A stretch of 64,000 bases of DNA, taken from the NCBI GenBank assembly GCA_031422775.1, contig JANPMK010000089.1:14945-78944 (forward strand), read 5' to 3'. The notes beneath the pieces are model-generated. The model had not been told where the DNA came from and did no database searches. It saw nothing but the letters and a program-made list of their open reading frames with translations. This DNA comes from Akkermansiaceae bacterium (GTDB lineage: Bacteria > Verrucomicrobiota > Verrucomicrobiia > Verrucomicrobiales > Akkermansiaceae). This document shows, one piece after another, positions 1 through 9,223 of the stretch (position 1 is the first letter of the stretch; each line of letters begins with the position of its first letter). A program made the translations under genes and the position numbers.

Positions 1-73
1 CATCGCCCAAGCTCCGCACGGTTCCCTAACCGAACTCTTCCGTAAACTCACCACCACCGACACCGCCGCGTAA
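1..73 (+). CDS. 3' end of an upstream CDS running off the window, probably the ATP-binding subunit of the downstream ABC-2 system
   Basis: Frame from nt 2 is open from the window edge (...IAQAPHGSLTELFRKLTTTDTAA) and stops at TAA 71-73, 58 nt before the permease gene. Function is inferred from operon context only. Confidence 0.35.
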   Translation, partial: IAQAPHGSLTELFRKLTTTDTAA

Positions 74-131
74 TGGTAAGCCACACAACCCAAGTCTTCC
101 TGAAAACTTCCAACTGAAAACTAGCAAACTG

Positions 132-860
132 ATGAACGTCTTCACTATCTATCTCCGCGAACTAAAATCCTACTTCGCCCAACCCACCGCTTACGCGCTC
201 ATTGTTATCTTCGTCTTTCTCTCTCTGGGCATGACTTTCACCTTTGGTGAATTCATGCGCGCCGGCGATGCCTCTCTCTACTCGTTCTTCTTCTGGCATC
301 CATGGCTCTACATGCTGCTTGCCCCAGCCATCTCGATGAAACTTTGGGCAGATGAACAACGCAACGGCACGATCGAGCTGTTAGGCACGTTTCCGGTTTC
401 TACCTGGTCCGCGATCGCCGGAAAATTTCTCGCCGCTGCCACGGTTTCCCTCGTCGCCCTGTTGCTGACTTTCCCCATGGTCATCACCGTCAATTACCTC
501 GGAAATCCCGATAACGGCGCGATCATATCCAGCTACATCGGTTCATTTCTAGTCTGCTGCACCTTTATCGCCATCACCATGCTGGTGTCAGCATTCACGC
601 GCGACCAAGTCGTTTGCCTGATCGTCGCCGCTGCTATCTGCACCCTGATGGTGCTCTGCGGTTACGAACCCGTTACCCGCGAACTCGCGAAAGCCACATC
701 GCCCGGCACCGTCGAGGCAGTCGTCGCCTTCGGTGTCTGGGATCACTTCTCCTCCCTCAACCGTGGCATGTTCCGGTTCCAAGACATCATCTGGTTCACC
801 AGCTTCATCGGCATCAGCCTCCTCGGAACCTCCACCATCCTCAGCGCCAAACGCGCTTAA
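132..860 (+). CDS. ABC-2 type transporter permease (GldF-like)
   Basis: 242 aa, about six hydrophobic segments. Conserved ABC-2/GldF-like stretch WADEQRNGTIELLGTFPVS. Followed by a GldG-like gene. Confidence 0.8.
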   Translation: MNVFTIYLRELKSYFAQPTAYALIVIFVFLSLGMTFTFGEFMRAGDASLYSFFFWHPWLYMLLAPAISMKLWADEQRNGTIELLGTFPVSTWSAIAGKFLAAATVSLVALLLTFPMVITVNYLGNPDNGAIISSYIGSFLVCCTFIAITMLVSAFTRDQVVCLIVAAAICTLMVLCGYEPVTRELAKATSPGTVEAVVAFGVWDHFSSLNRGMFRFQDIIWFTSFIGISLLGTSTILSAKRA

Positions 861-939
861 TCTTCAACTCTACTCTCCAACTTCCAATCCACCCAAAGCA
901 CCCATTCATCACTCCTCCTTGATGGTTGAACTTTGAATT

Positions 940-2832
940 TTGAAATTTATGAAATCCCCAATCACCCGCGCCACCTTCGGCATCATCGCCCTTGTCGCTA
1001 TCGCCGTTCTTGCGAACTGGCTGATCTCTCTAACACCATACGGAAACCGTGGAGCCGATTTCACGGAAAACAAAATCCACACGCTTTCCGACGGCACGAA
1101 ATCCATTCTCGGAGAACTCGATACCCCAGTCGTCATCCGCTACTACGCAACTCGAAGCAGCGACTACATGCCGGAGCAATTGAAAGTCCACCTCCGCCGC
1201 GTCGATGACCTGCTCAAAGAATACGCAAATCTTTCTAACGGAAAACTACGCATCGAACACCTCGATCCTCAACCCGATACCGATGCCGAGGACTCCGCGA
1301 ATCTCGATGAAATTTCCGGACAGAACATCAACGAAGATAACCTCTATCTCGGCATGGCGATCTCCGCGTTGGATAAAAAAGTCGTCCTTCCTTTCCTTAA
1401 TCCAGATGAGGAAACCATGTTGGAATACCACATCTCGAAAGCCATCGCCGAAGTCTCCACTCCTGTGAAACCTGTGATCGGTATCATTTCAGGAATCGAT
1501 CTTGCTGGTGCTCCCGCGATGATGCCCGGTCAGCAAGGCCAACAACCCTGGGTTATTTACCAACAGCTCCAGCAATCCTTCCAACTGAAAGATCTGGGCA
1601 TGGCTCCTGAAAAAATCGACTCAGAAGACATCAAAGTCCTGCTCGTTTTCCACCCTGCAGGAATTTCTCCGCAAACCGAATTTATCATCGATCAATACCT
1701 CCTCAGTGGCGGAACCGTCGTCGCTTGCCTTGATGCGCATTCCGTTGCTGCCCAAATGACCGGTGGTGGCAACCCAATGATGGGACAATCCGGCCCCCCT
1801 ACTTCATCCAACTTGCCCACCCTACTTCCTGCATGGGGCGTGAAATATAATTCCCAACAAGTCCTCGCCGATCCCGTCCACTACACATCGTTCGGCGATG
1901 GCCGCGGTAGCGTTGCCGTCTTGAGCCTTCCTGAATCCGCCATGCCTCAAAAAGACAGCATCATCACCAAGAATCTTGCGTCTGTTACTCTCTACCTTCC
2001 TGGCACATTCGAAGTCACCGCCAATAGCGGCGTTACCGCGAACTCACTGATTCATTCATCCAAGAGCGCTGGCCTCGTCGATCCCATCAAAGCCTCTCAG
2101 CTCGATCCATCCATCGAGAAAAACATCAAAGCCGAAGGCAAAGCGTTCGATCTCGTGACCTTCCTATCCGGAAATTTCAAAACCGCTTTCCCTGACGGCA
2201 AACCGAAAAGCGAAACTCCTGAAGGCGAACCCAAACCCAAAGACGCGCCGAAAGAAGAATCACTCAAAGAAGCCGTGAAACCCGGCAACGTGTTCCTCGT
2301 CGCGGATATCGATGCCTTCTTTGATAACTTCGCTTACACCATCCAAAACGCAGGTGGCATGCGTATGGCGAACCCGTCGAATGGCAACTCCGCATTGCTT
2401 TTCAACATCCTCGACCAAGCCCTCGGCTCAAGCCACCTGATTGGTTCACGCTCACGCTCCGCCACGCGCCGTCCATTCACCGTCATTAAAACCATGGAGG
2501 ACGAGTTTAAGAAACATGTCGGCTCCAAAATCGAAGAATTCGAGGTGAAGCAACAAGAAGCACAAAACAAACTGCAAGTGCTCCAAGCACAAAAAGCAAA
2601 AGGAACCGAACTCTATCTCTCACCAGAACAAGAAGCAGAAATCGATAAACTCCGCAAAGAACAGGCTGATTACTCACGCCGCATCCGTGAACAACAAAAA
2701 GACCTGCGTCGCCAAAAAGACAGACTCGCCGGAAACATCACCCTGCTCAACGTCGCAGTCGTGCCGTCATTCGTCATCCTCTTCGGACTCTTGCTCCACT
2801 TCATCCGCCGCTCATCAACCCGCGCCCGCTGA
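940..2832 (+). CDS. GldG-like auxiliary component of the ABC-2 transport system
   Basis: 630 aa with an N-terminal TM, a large periplasmic region, a C-terminal coiled coil (QQEAQNKLQVLQAQKAK...) and a C-terminal TM anchor. This is the typical GldG-family layout, placed directly after the permease. Confidence 0.7.
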   Translation: MKFMKSPITRATFGIIALVAIAVLANWLISLTPYGNRGADFTENKIHTLSDGTKSILGELDTPVVIRYYATRSSDYMPEQLKVHLRRVDDLLKEYANLSNGKLRIEHLDPQPDTDAEDSANLDEISGQNINEDNLYLGMAISALDKKVVLPFLNPDEETMLEYHISKAIAEVSTPVKPVIGIISGIDLAGAPAMMPGQQGQQPWVIYQQLQQSFQLKDLGMAPEKIDSEDIKVLLVFHPAGISPQTEFIIDQYLLSGGTVVACLDAHSVAAQMTGGGNPMMGQSGPPTSSNLPTLLPAWGVKYNSQQVLADPVHYTSFGDGRGSVAVLSLPESAMPQKDSIITKNLASVTLYLPGTFEVTANSGVTANSLIHSSKSAGLVDPIKASQLDPSIEKNIKAEGKAFDLVTFLSGNFKTAFPDGKPKSETPEGEPKPKDAPKEESLKEAVKPGNVFLVADIDAFFDNFAYTIQNAGGMRMANPSNGNSALLFNILDQALGSSHLIGSRSRSATRRPFTVIKTMEDEFKKHVGSKIEEFEVKQQEAQNKLQVLQAQKAKGTELYLSPEQEAEIDKLRKEQADYSRRIREQQKDLRRQKDRLAGNITLLNVAVVPSFVILFGLLLHFIRRSSTRAR

Positions 2833-2883
2833 TTTCACAAAAAACTTTTAACTTAAAAATTCTAACATCTAACATTCAAAAAG

Positions 2884-4113
2884 ATGAAACCACGCACCGT
2901 CATCATTCTCTGGATCATCGCCCTGCTTCTCGGCGCTTCCGTTTTCGCCGTCAAAAAATCCGCAGGCAACGATATCAAAAACACCACGGATCGCTCCGCT
3001 GGCGAAACACTCATCGCTGATTTTCCAGCCAAAGAAATCGCATCCATCCACATCGCCGATGCCGAGCTATCTGTCACTCTCCAACAAAAAGACGGCAACT
3101 GGTCAGTCGTTGAGCGCGATGGATTCAAAGCGAACTCCGCCGAAATCATTGGATTCCTTCGCTCCTTAATCGAACTGAAAGTCACCCAAGGCATCGAAGC
3201 TGGCCCGTCATTCGCGCCACGTTTCGGCATGGATGAAAAATCCTCCGATCCCGCCGAGCGCGGCATCACCGCTACGTTCAAAGACGCTTCTGGCAAATCT
3301 CTCGCCACGATCTCCTTCGGAAAAAATCTCGATTCCGTTGCATCCGCATCGCCCTTCGGCGGTGGCTCGATGGGTCGCTTCGTCCGAAACCACGCCGATG
3401 AATCCGGATTCTACGCCGTATCCGAACTCTTCCCTTCGCTCTCAGCCGATCCTAAAAATTGGCTTGCTGAAGAATTTATCAAAATCGAAAAAATCCAATC
3501 TATCTCCCTCACCCAACCGGGCTCAGATAAAAATGAATGGGAACTCGAGCGCGATAACGAAGAAGCCGATTTCAAATTCACCTCGGCATTTCCCGGTGTG
3601 AAAATCGACCCCGCTGCCGTCGCTCCGTTGAAATCGTTGTTCTCCTTCGCAAGATTCGACGACCTCGTGCCCACTGCTGAAATCGAAAAACGCGCGAACC
3701 CCGAGAAACTCCAAACCGCCACGATCAAAACCTTTGAGGGACTCACTTACGTTCTCACACTGCAACCATCGAAAATTCAAGGCTCTGAAAACTACCTGCT
3801 CACTGTCAAAGTTTCCGGCGAACTTCCCGAGAAACGCAAGCCTGCGGAAAACGAAAAACCCGAGGACGCAGCCGCAGCCGACAAGGCGTTTGCCGATCGC
3901 CGCAAAGCCATCGCCGATAGCATCGCTCAAACCAAAAAACTCGAACCTCTCACATTCGAGGTCAGCAACTTCACGGTCGATGCCCTAATCAAATCCCGCA
4001 CCGACCTCATGGACAAAGGCCCCGGCCCACAAGCCCAACCCCAACCCCAACCCCAACCCGGCAGCGGACTCGGCCCGGTCTTCTCACCTCCCATTTCGAT
4101 TCCCGAGCAGTAA
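2884..4113 (+). CDS. DUF4340-like membrane-anchored protein with a PQ-repeat tail
   Basis: 409 aa with an N-terminal TM (IILWIIALLLGASVFAV). Sits in the conserved position after GldG-like genes. C-terminal QAQPQPQPQPQPG low-complexity tail. Confidence 0.55.
   Translation: MKPRTVIILWIIALLLGASVFAVKKSAGNDIKNTTDRSAGETLIADFPAKEIASIHIADAELSVTLQQKDGNWSVVERDGFKANSAEIIGFLRSLIELKVTQGIEAGPSFAPRFGMDEKSSDPAERGITATFKDASGKSLATISFGKNLDSVASASPFGGGSMGRFVRNHADESGFYAVSELFPSLSADPKNWLAEEFIKIEKIQSISLTQPGSDKNEWELERDNEEADFKFTSAFPGVKIDPAAVAPLKSLFSFARFDDLVPTAEIEKRANPEKLQTATIKTFEGLTYVLTLQPSKIQGSENYLLTVKVSGELPEKRKPAENEKPEDAAAADKAFADRRKAIADSIAQTKKLEPLTFEVSNFTVDALIKSRTDLMDKGPGPQAQPQPQPQPGSGLGPVFSPPISIPEQ
4034..4059 (+). 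repeat. (CCCAAC)x4 hexanucleotide microsatellite inside the CDS, encoding the PQ repeat
   Basis: Read directly: cccaac cccaac cccaac cccaac. The unit length is a multiple of 3, so slippage would stay in frame. Confidence 0.9.
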
Positions 4114-4172
4114 GCTATTTTCCGAACTTGGAGTCTGGCGTTTCCTGAGCTAAACTCTCCTCCAAGTTCATC

Positions 4173-4454
4173 ATGTCGAATCCACACGACCATCCCACCG
4201 CCCTCAAAGATCTCCAGGATTCCATCTATCGGGAGAAAATTCTACGTGCACGCGCCATGACGCGCGAGGAGCGTATTTCGGAGGCATTCGAACTCTCCAC
4301 CAGACAACTAGGAATGATGTTGGCTGGAGCCATGGCGAAAATTTCCACCCAAGATGAAACACTCGGCTGGCATGAAGTCAGCAAAAGCATGGAGCGGCTT
4401 GATCGTATCCGAGAATTCAATCTCTACACCACCGAAAAACCTGCCCACCCATGA
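4173..4454 (+). CDS. small hypothetical protein, candidate partner (antitoxin-like) of the downstream nucleotidyltransferase-fold protein
   Basis: 93 aa, helical and charged. Its stop overlaps the next start in an ATGA junction (4451-4454). Confidence 0.45.
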   Translation: MSNPHDHPTALKDLQDSIYREKILRARAMTREERISEAFELSTRQLGMMLAGAMAKISTQDETLGWHEVSKSMERLDRIREFNLYTTEKPAHP

Positions 4455-5014
4455 ATCTGGAAGATCTCGCTTCTCAAGTCCTCAGTCGAATCGATGATTC
4501 CGGAGTTCCATACATGTTAGTCGGAGCTCTCGCAGCAGGTGTTTATGGAGTTCCGAGAGCCACGAGAGACATCGATTTTCTCGTTCCAGTATCACTAGGT
4601 GGAGGAGTCAATGCCCTCATCAAGGCACTTCGCGATATTCTGGAATTTGATAATCAAGCGGTGTTCGACACTCTCACATGGGGCAGACGCCACGTCGGAA
4701 AAACTATGAACCCGCCGACACTCAAGGTTGAGTTGTTTGAAATATTTGATGATCCTTTCGTTTTGAGCGAATTCGACCGTAGAAAACAAATTTTTATCCC
4801 GATTCTGAATCGCCAAAGTTGGATCCCTACCGCAGAGGATGTGATCGTGCAAAAACTTCGCTGGGGTCGAAGCAAAGATCTTGATGACGTCACCGATATT
4901 CTAGCCGTTCAAGGCCCCGAAAACCTCGACATGCCCTACATCGAAAACTGGTGCTCCATCCACCAAACCACCTCCCGTCTCAGCGACACCCTCGCCCGCA
5001 TTCCCCCGATGTAA
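4451..5014 (+). CDS. minimal nucleotidyltransferase-fold protein (AbiEii/DUF6036-like class)
   Basis: 187 aa. N-terminal GALAAGVYGVPRATRDIDFLV resembles the G-x-x-G...R-x-T-x-D-x-D NTase motif. Translationally coupled to the upstream small ORF. Confidence 0.5.
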   Translation: MNLEDLASQVLSRIDDSGVPYMLVGALAAGVYGVPRATRDIDFLVPVSLGGGVNALIKALRDILEFDNQAVFDTLTWGRRHVGKTMNPPTLKVELFEIFDDPFVLSEFDRRKQIFIPILNRQSWIPTAEDVIVQKLRWGRSKDLDDVTDILAVQGPENLDMPYIENWCSIHQTTSRLSDTLARIPPM

Positions 5015-5076
5015 CCTCACAAATCCGTCACTTAAAACTAGCCAACTCCCCCTCCGCAAGCTTCCATACCCGCCCC

Positions 5077-6138
5077 GTGACCAAACACCGCACAGACGAC
5101 CTCCGCATTTCCGGCATCAATCCCCTGATCTCCCCGGCAGTCCTCGCTTACTATCTGCCCATCAACGAACATGCCGCTGAAGTGGTTCATTCCGCTCGCG
5201 CCCAGGCCGATGCTATCCTTTCTCTCCAAGACGACCGACTCATGGTCGTCGTCGGCCCCTGCTCGATTCACGATCCCGAAGCCGCTCTCGAATACGCCTC
5301 GAAACTCAAAGCCGAGGCCGAACGTCTGGAAGAAGATCTCTTCATCATGATGCGGGTCTATTTTGAGAAACCTCGCACCACCGTTGGTTGGAAAGGTTTG
5401 ATCAACGATCCCGGCCTTGACGATTCTTTCGATATCAACCGCGGCCTGCGCGTCGCTCGCAAACTCCTGCTCGACCTCGCCAACATGGGCATGTCATCCG
5501 CCACCGAGTTCCTCGATACGATTTCACCTCAATACATCGCCGACCTCATCTCATGGGGCGCGATCGGTGCCCGCACGACGGAATCCCAAATCCATCGCGA
5601 ACTCGCCTCCGGTCTCTCCATGCCAGTCGGTTTCAAAAACGGCACCGGCGGTTCCATCCAGCTCGCGCTCGACGCGATCCAATCCGCCTCCCGCCCGCAC
5701 CATTTTCTCTCGGTCACCAAGCAAGGCGTCTCCGCCATCGTTTCAACCACCGGAAACACCTCCTGCCACCTCATCCTGCGTGGCGGAAAAACCGGCCCGA
5801 ACTACGAGGCCGGACACGTTGCTGAAGTGGAGAAAATGCTCACCGAGCAAAGCCTCCCGCTTTCGATCATGATCGATTGCTCACACGGCAACTCGAACAA
5901 AGACTACCGCAACCAACCGCTCGTCGCGAAAAATATCGCCAACCAAATCGCAGACGGCTCGAAAACCATCACTTCGGTGATGATCGAATCCAACCTCGTC
6001 GAGGGCAACCAAAAGCTCCATCCGGATCTCTCCAAACTCACTCGCGGTCAATCCGTCACCGATGCCTGCATCAACTGGGACGATACCGTGGAAACCCTCG
6101 ATCATCTCGCCGAGGCTGTTAGAAAACGCAGAGGTTAG
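5077..6138 (+). CDS. aroG: 3-deoxy-7-phosphoheptulonate (DAHP) synthase, class I (AroG/F/H type)
   Basis: Near-colinear with my recollection of E. coli AroG: DDLRI, VVVGPCSIHDP, MRVYFEKPRTTVGWKGLINDP, WGAIGARTTESQIHRELASGLSMPVGFKNGT, VEGNQ, DACI. I chose GTG 5077 as the start because the track ATG at 4951 adds about 42 non-homologous residues and overlaps the previous gene. Confidence 0.9.
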   Translation: MTKHRTDDLRISGINPLISPAVLAYYLPINEHAAEVVHSARAQADAILSLQDDRLMVVVGPCSIHDPEAALEYASKLKAEAERLEEDLFIMMRVYFEKPRTTVGWKGLINDPGLDDSFDINRGLRVARKLLLDLANMGMSSATEFLDTISPQYIADLISWGAIGARTTESQIHRELASGLSMPVGFKNGTGGSIQLALDAIQSASRPHHFLSVTKQGVSAIVSTTGNTSCHLILRGGKTGPNYEAGHVAEVEKMLTEQSLPLSIMIDCSHGNSNKDYRNQPLVAKNIANQIADGSKTITSVMIESNLVEGNQKLHPDLSKLTRGQSVTDACINWDDTVETLDHLAEAVRKRRG

Positions 6139-6254
6139 TTGATGGTAGGTCGGCTTTTGACTTGTCGGAAACTTTCGCTTTCGCTAGTCCATAAGGCCAT
6201 TGGGAAAAGATTTCCTTCCATCGTCCTTTCCCGCAAAACAAGCCCCCAACTTTC

Positions 6255-7118
6255 GTGACCAGCCCCCAAGATTCCCCATCACCATCCGAACTCACTCACT
6301 TTGGATCCGAGTTCGTCCCGCCTAGTGTTGAAGAACTGCAGAAACGATTTCCAGATTTGGAAATTCTTTCCTTCATCAGACACGGCGGGATGGGCACCTA
6401 TTATCAGGCGCGCCACCCGAAACTCGACCGACTTTCTGCCCTCAAAATACTGCCCGTGAATCCGGACATCGATGCCGATCTCATCGAGAGTTTCAAGAAA
6501 GAGGCAAAGGCCATGGCACGCCTCAGACATACCAACATCATTGGAGTTTATGAGTTCATGGAAACCGAATCCACGCTGTACCTTGTGATGGAATTCGTAA
6601 AAGGGGATATTTTGGAGCGACTCATCAACACACGGAGCTTCAATCTCAACGAGATTCTCGCGATCGTCTCTCAGGTCTGCGCCGCCTTGAATTACGCGCA
6701 TACCAACGGCGTCATTCATCGAGATCTTCGTCCAGGCAATACCTTGCTAGATCAAAACGGAATCGTCAAAGTCGGCGATTTCGGTCTGGCTCGGCTGATG
6801 GGCGAGGAACTTTTCCAGAGGAGAATGACTGCGAACAACCTAGAAATGGGCACGATGGACTACGTTGCACCCGAGCAGCTTGAGGCAGGACAACCGGTCG
6901 ATCACCGTGCCGACATCTACTCACTCGGCATGATGATCTACAAACTCCTAACAAGAACCCTGCCCCGCGGCACCTTCGTCGTCCCCTCCAAGCTGGTTCC
7001 CAACCTTGACCCGCGCGTCGACGATCTGGTGGTCCGCTGCCTGCAGCGTAACCCCGCAAACCGCTTTCAGCACATCGCGGAAGTATGGGCCGAGGTCAAC
7101 CATCTCCACAAACTCTAG
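6255..7118 (+). CDS. Hanks-type Ser/Thr protein kinase, catalytic domain only
   Basis: HRDLRPGN catalytic loop, VGDFGLARL (DFG), YVAPEQ (APE) and ALK (VAIK-like lysine). No TM or sensor domain. GTG start. Confidence 0.85.
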   Translation: MTSPQDSPSPSELTHFGSEFVPPSVEELQKRFPDLEILSFIRHGGMGTYYQARHPKLDRLSALKILPVNPDIDADLIESFKKEAKAMARLRHTNIIGVYEFMETESTLYLVMEFVKGDILERLINTRSFNLNEILAIVSQVCAALNYAHTNGVIHRDLRPGNTLLDQNGIVKVGDFGLARLMGEELFQRRMTANNLEMGTMDYVAPEQLEAGQPVDHRADIYSLGMMIYKLLTRTLPRGTFVVPSKLVPNLDPRVDDLVVRCLQRNPANRFQHIAEVWAEVNHLHKL

Positions 7119-7337
7119 TCCCCACCGGGAAGAGTCCCGCGTTCAAGTTCCCGTCTCACTGATGCAGTGGAGTTGTTAAGATTGAATAAATTTCATCGCG
7201 ACGGCTTCTTCCGCCCGAGGCGCTGCAAATTCTGAGCTGGCAACACGCATTAAAATGACAAGAACCGATCTTCTACTTGCTCTATGGGCATTCTTGATCT
7301 TCTTTAAACACGTCAGCAAGCCACAGCCTATTTTATC

Positions 7338-8090
7338 ATGAACCTCACCCTAAAAGTTTGGCGCCAAACCGGACCGAAATCCAAAGGCAGCATCCACACC
7401 TACGCTGCGGAAAACATCCCGCCAGAGGCCTCGTTCCTTGAAATGCTGGATATTGTCAACGAGCGCATCATTGAAAAAGGCGACGATCCCATCCATTTCG
7501 ACCACGACTGCCGCGAGGGGATTTGCGGTTCTTGCTCACTCACCATCAACGGCGTTCCTCACTCCAAGGAAAAAGGCATCACCACCTGCCAAGTCCACAT
7601 GCGTAAATATCGCGATGGCGATACCCTTTGGATCGAGCCCTTCCGCGCGAATTCTTTCCCCATCGTCAAAGATCTCATCGTTGATCGCTCCGCCCTCGAT
7701 CGCATCATCGGTGCTGGCGGTTACATCGACATCCGCACCGGTTCCGCCGTAGATGCAAACTCAATCCCGGTTCCAAAAAGCGATGCCGATAATGCCTTCG
7801 ACGCCGCGGCTTGCATTGGTTGCGGTGCGTGCGTCGCCGCCTGCCCGAACGGATCGGCCATGCTTTTCACCTCCGCAAAAGTTTCCCACCTCGGCCACCT
7901 GCCGCAAGGTCAGCCAGAACGCCAGAAACGCGCGCTCGCCATGGTTCGCCAAATGGACAGCGAAGGCTTCGGAAACTGCACCAACCACTACGAGTGCGAG
8001 GCCGCTTGCCCAAAAGAAATCTCCGTGGACCACATCGCCCGCATGAACCGCGACTACGGCAAAGGCGTCATCGCCGAGCAATTCGCGTAA
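7338..8090 (+). CDS. sdhB: succinate dehydrogenase/fumarate reductase iron-sulfur subunit
   Basis: Three Cys clusters: [11 protein letters not shown] (2Fe-2S), [12 protein letters not shown] (4Fe-4S) and [12 protein letters not shown] (3Fe-4S). 250 aa. Confidence 0.85.
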   Translation: MNLTLKVWRQTGPKSKGSIHTYAAENIPPEASFLEMLDIVNERIIEKGDDPIHFDHDCREGICGSCSLTINGVPHSKEKGITTCQVHMRKYRDGDTLWIEPFRANSFPIVKDLIVDRSALDRIIGAGGYIDIRTGSAVDANSIPVPKSDADNAFDAAACIGCGACVAACPNGSAMLFTSAKVSHLGHLPQGQPERQKRALAMVRQMDSEGFGNCTNHYECEAACPKEISVDHIARMNRDYGKGVIAEQFA

Positions 8091-8101
8091 ACTCTCCGTG
8101 A

Positions 8102-8119
8102 TGCGGAATAAATTCCGCA
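8102..8119 (+). terminator. short hairpin between sdhB and msrB (possible weak terminator or attenuator)
   Basis: TGCGGAAT-AA-ATTCCGCA perfect inverted repeat, 12 nt after the sdhB stop. No U-tract follows, hence the low confidence. Confidence 0.25.
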
Positions 8120-8138
8120 CTCAACCATCCCATGTGAC

Positions 8139-8669
8139 ATGAAAACCAAGTTCACCCTCATTCTTGCGGCGATCACTCTCGTTTTCAGCGCCGCTTGCGC
8201 CGAAGAAAAGAACAAAGAAAAAGCCATGGAAACCGCCAAAGAAGCTCCTCAAGAACCCACCGAAAAAGTCGTGAAAACCGATGAGGAGTGGAAAAAAATC
8301 CTTACACCTGAACAATACCGCATCCTGCGCGAAGCTGGAACCGAGAGAGCTCACGGCGACGTTTACAACGAGTTCAAAAAACAAGGCGAAGGCGCTTACC
8401 ACTGCGCTGGCTGCGGCGCTTTGCTATTCAGCTCCAAAGAAAAATTCGACTCCGGCTGCGGCTGGCCATCCTTCTACGATCCTGCAAAGGCTCAGAACGT
8501 CACCACTAAAACCGACACCTCAGGCGGCTACGTCCGCACCGAAGTCAATTGCGCCAAATGCGGCGGCCACCTCGGTCACGTCTTTGAGGGAGAAGGATTC
8601 AAAACCCCCACCGATAAACGCTACTGCATCAACGGTGTCGGCCTGAAATTCGTCCCTGCGAAGGAATAA
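8139..8669 (+). CDS. msrB: peptide-methionine (R)-S-oxide reductase MsrB, exported or lipoprotein form
   Basis: Zinc CxxC pairs CAGCG and CAKCG, motifs GWPSF, HLGHVF and RYCINGV. N-terminal signal with a lipobox-like LVFSAAC. Confidence 0.9.
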   Translation: MKTKFTLILAAITLVFSAACAEEKNKEKAMETAKEAPQEPTEKVVKTDEEWKKILTPEQYRILREAGTERAHGDVYNEFKKQGEGAYHCAGCGALLFSSKEKFDSGCGWPSFYDPAKAQNVTTKTDTSGGYVRTEVNCAKCGGHLGHVFEGEGFKTPTDKRYCINGVGLKFVPAKE

Positions 8670-8676
8670 TCCAATT

Positions 8677-9035
8677 TTTCAACGCAAAGCAGAACGAGCG
8701 ATGGCGAATCTTTACTAAATGGCGCAGCCGTGACCGCTTGGACGGAGTGAAGCGGAGTCAAAGCCGCAAAGGACGCAGAGGGTCGCAAAGCCATCTAAGC
8801 GGCAACCAATCCTTTTTACTTGTGAAGATATTGCCATCTAGACTTGCCAAGTAGCAATAAAGCTAAGCTAGGAAAAACAATACTTTCCATTCCTTTGCGT
8901 AACTCTGCGTCCTTTGACTACGCTACGCTCCGTCCAAGCAGTTACGGCTGCGCCATTAATTATAATTCGCTACCGCTCATCCTGCTTTGCGGCTTCTTGC
9001 CCCTCGTAGCCTCGGCGAAGTGGGGTGCGTTGAAA
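8677..9035. repeat. about 360-bp imperfect inverted-repeat (MITE-like or cruciform) element upstream of tRNA-Leu
   Basis: The left arm (8677-8790) aligns by eye to the reverse complement of the right arm (8893-9035). Examples: AATGGCGCAGCCGTGACCGCTTGGACGGAG vs AATGGCGCAGCCGTAACTGCTTGGACGGAG; GACGCAGAG..CGCAAAG; TTTCAACGCAAAGCAG. There is one indel of about 36 nt and a spacer of about 100 nt. Confidence 0.7.
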
Positions 9036-9111
9036 TTCTTAAATTCTCATAAAAAATTTAGTGTTTAGAACTTGCCCATCGCGGCAGCTCAAACAATGCT
9101 TTCCCAGCAAC

Positions 9112-9192
9112 GGCGGTTTGGCGGAATTGGTAGACGCGCTCGACTCAAAATCGAGTTCCTTGTGAGTGTGGGTTCGATTCCCACAGCCGCTA
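9112..9192 (+). tRNA. tRNA-Leu (anticodon CAA)
   Basis: Acceptor GGCGGTT/AGCCGCT (two G-U pairs), D arm TGGCGGAATTGGTAGACGCG, anticodon stem CTCGA/TCGAG with loop CTCAAAA, long variable arm, T arm GTGGG-TTCGATT-CCCAC. CCA is not encoded. Confidence 0.85.
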
Positions 9193-9223
9193 CTTTCTTT
9201 TCCCCGCGTCAAATCATCATCGC

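Noticed and set aside
4034-4059. CCCAAC x4, which resembles a ciliate telomere repeat (C4A2)
   Set aside because: It is internal to a bacterial CDS, in frame, and encodes a PQ low-complexity tail. There are only four units and no other telomere-like context.
4951-5076. ATG 4951 as the DAHP synthase start
   Set aside because: It would add about 42 Pro/His/Ser-rich residues with no counterpart in AroG-type enzymes and would overlap the preceding gene by 64 nt. GTG 5077 aligns with the conserved N-terminus (TDDLRI).
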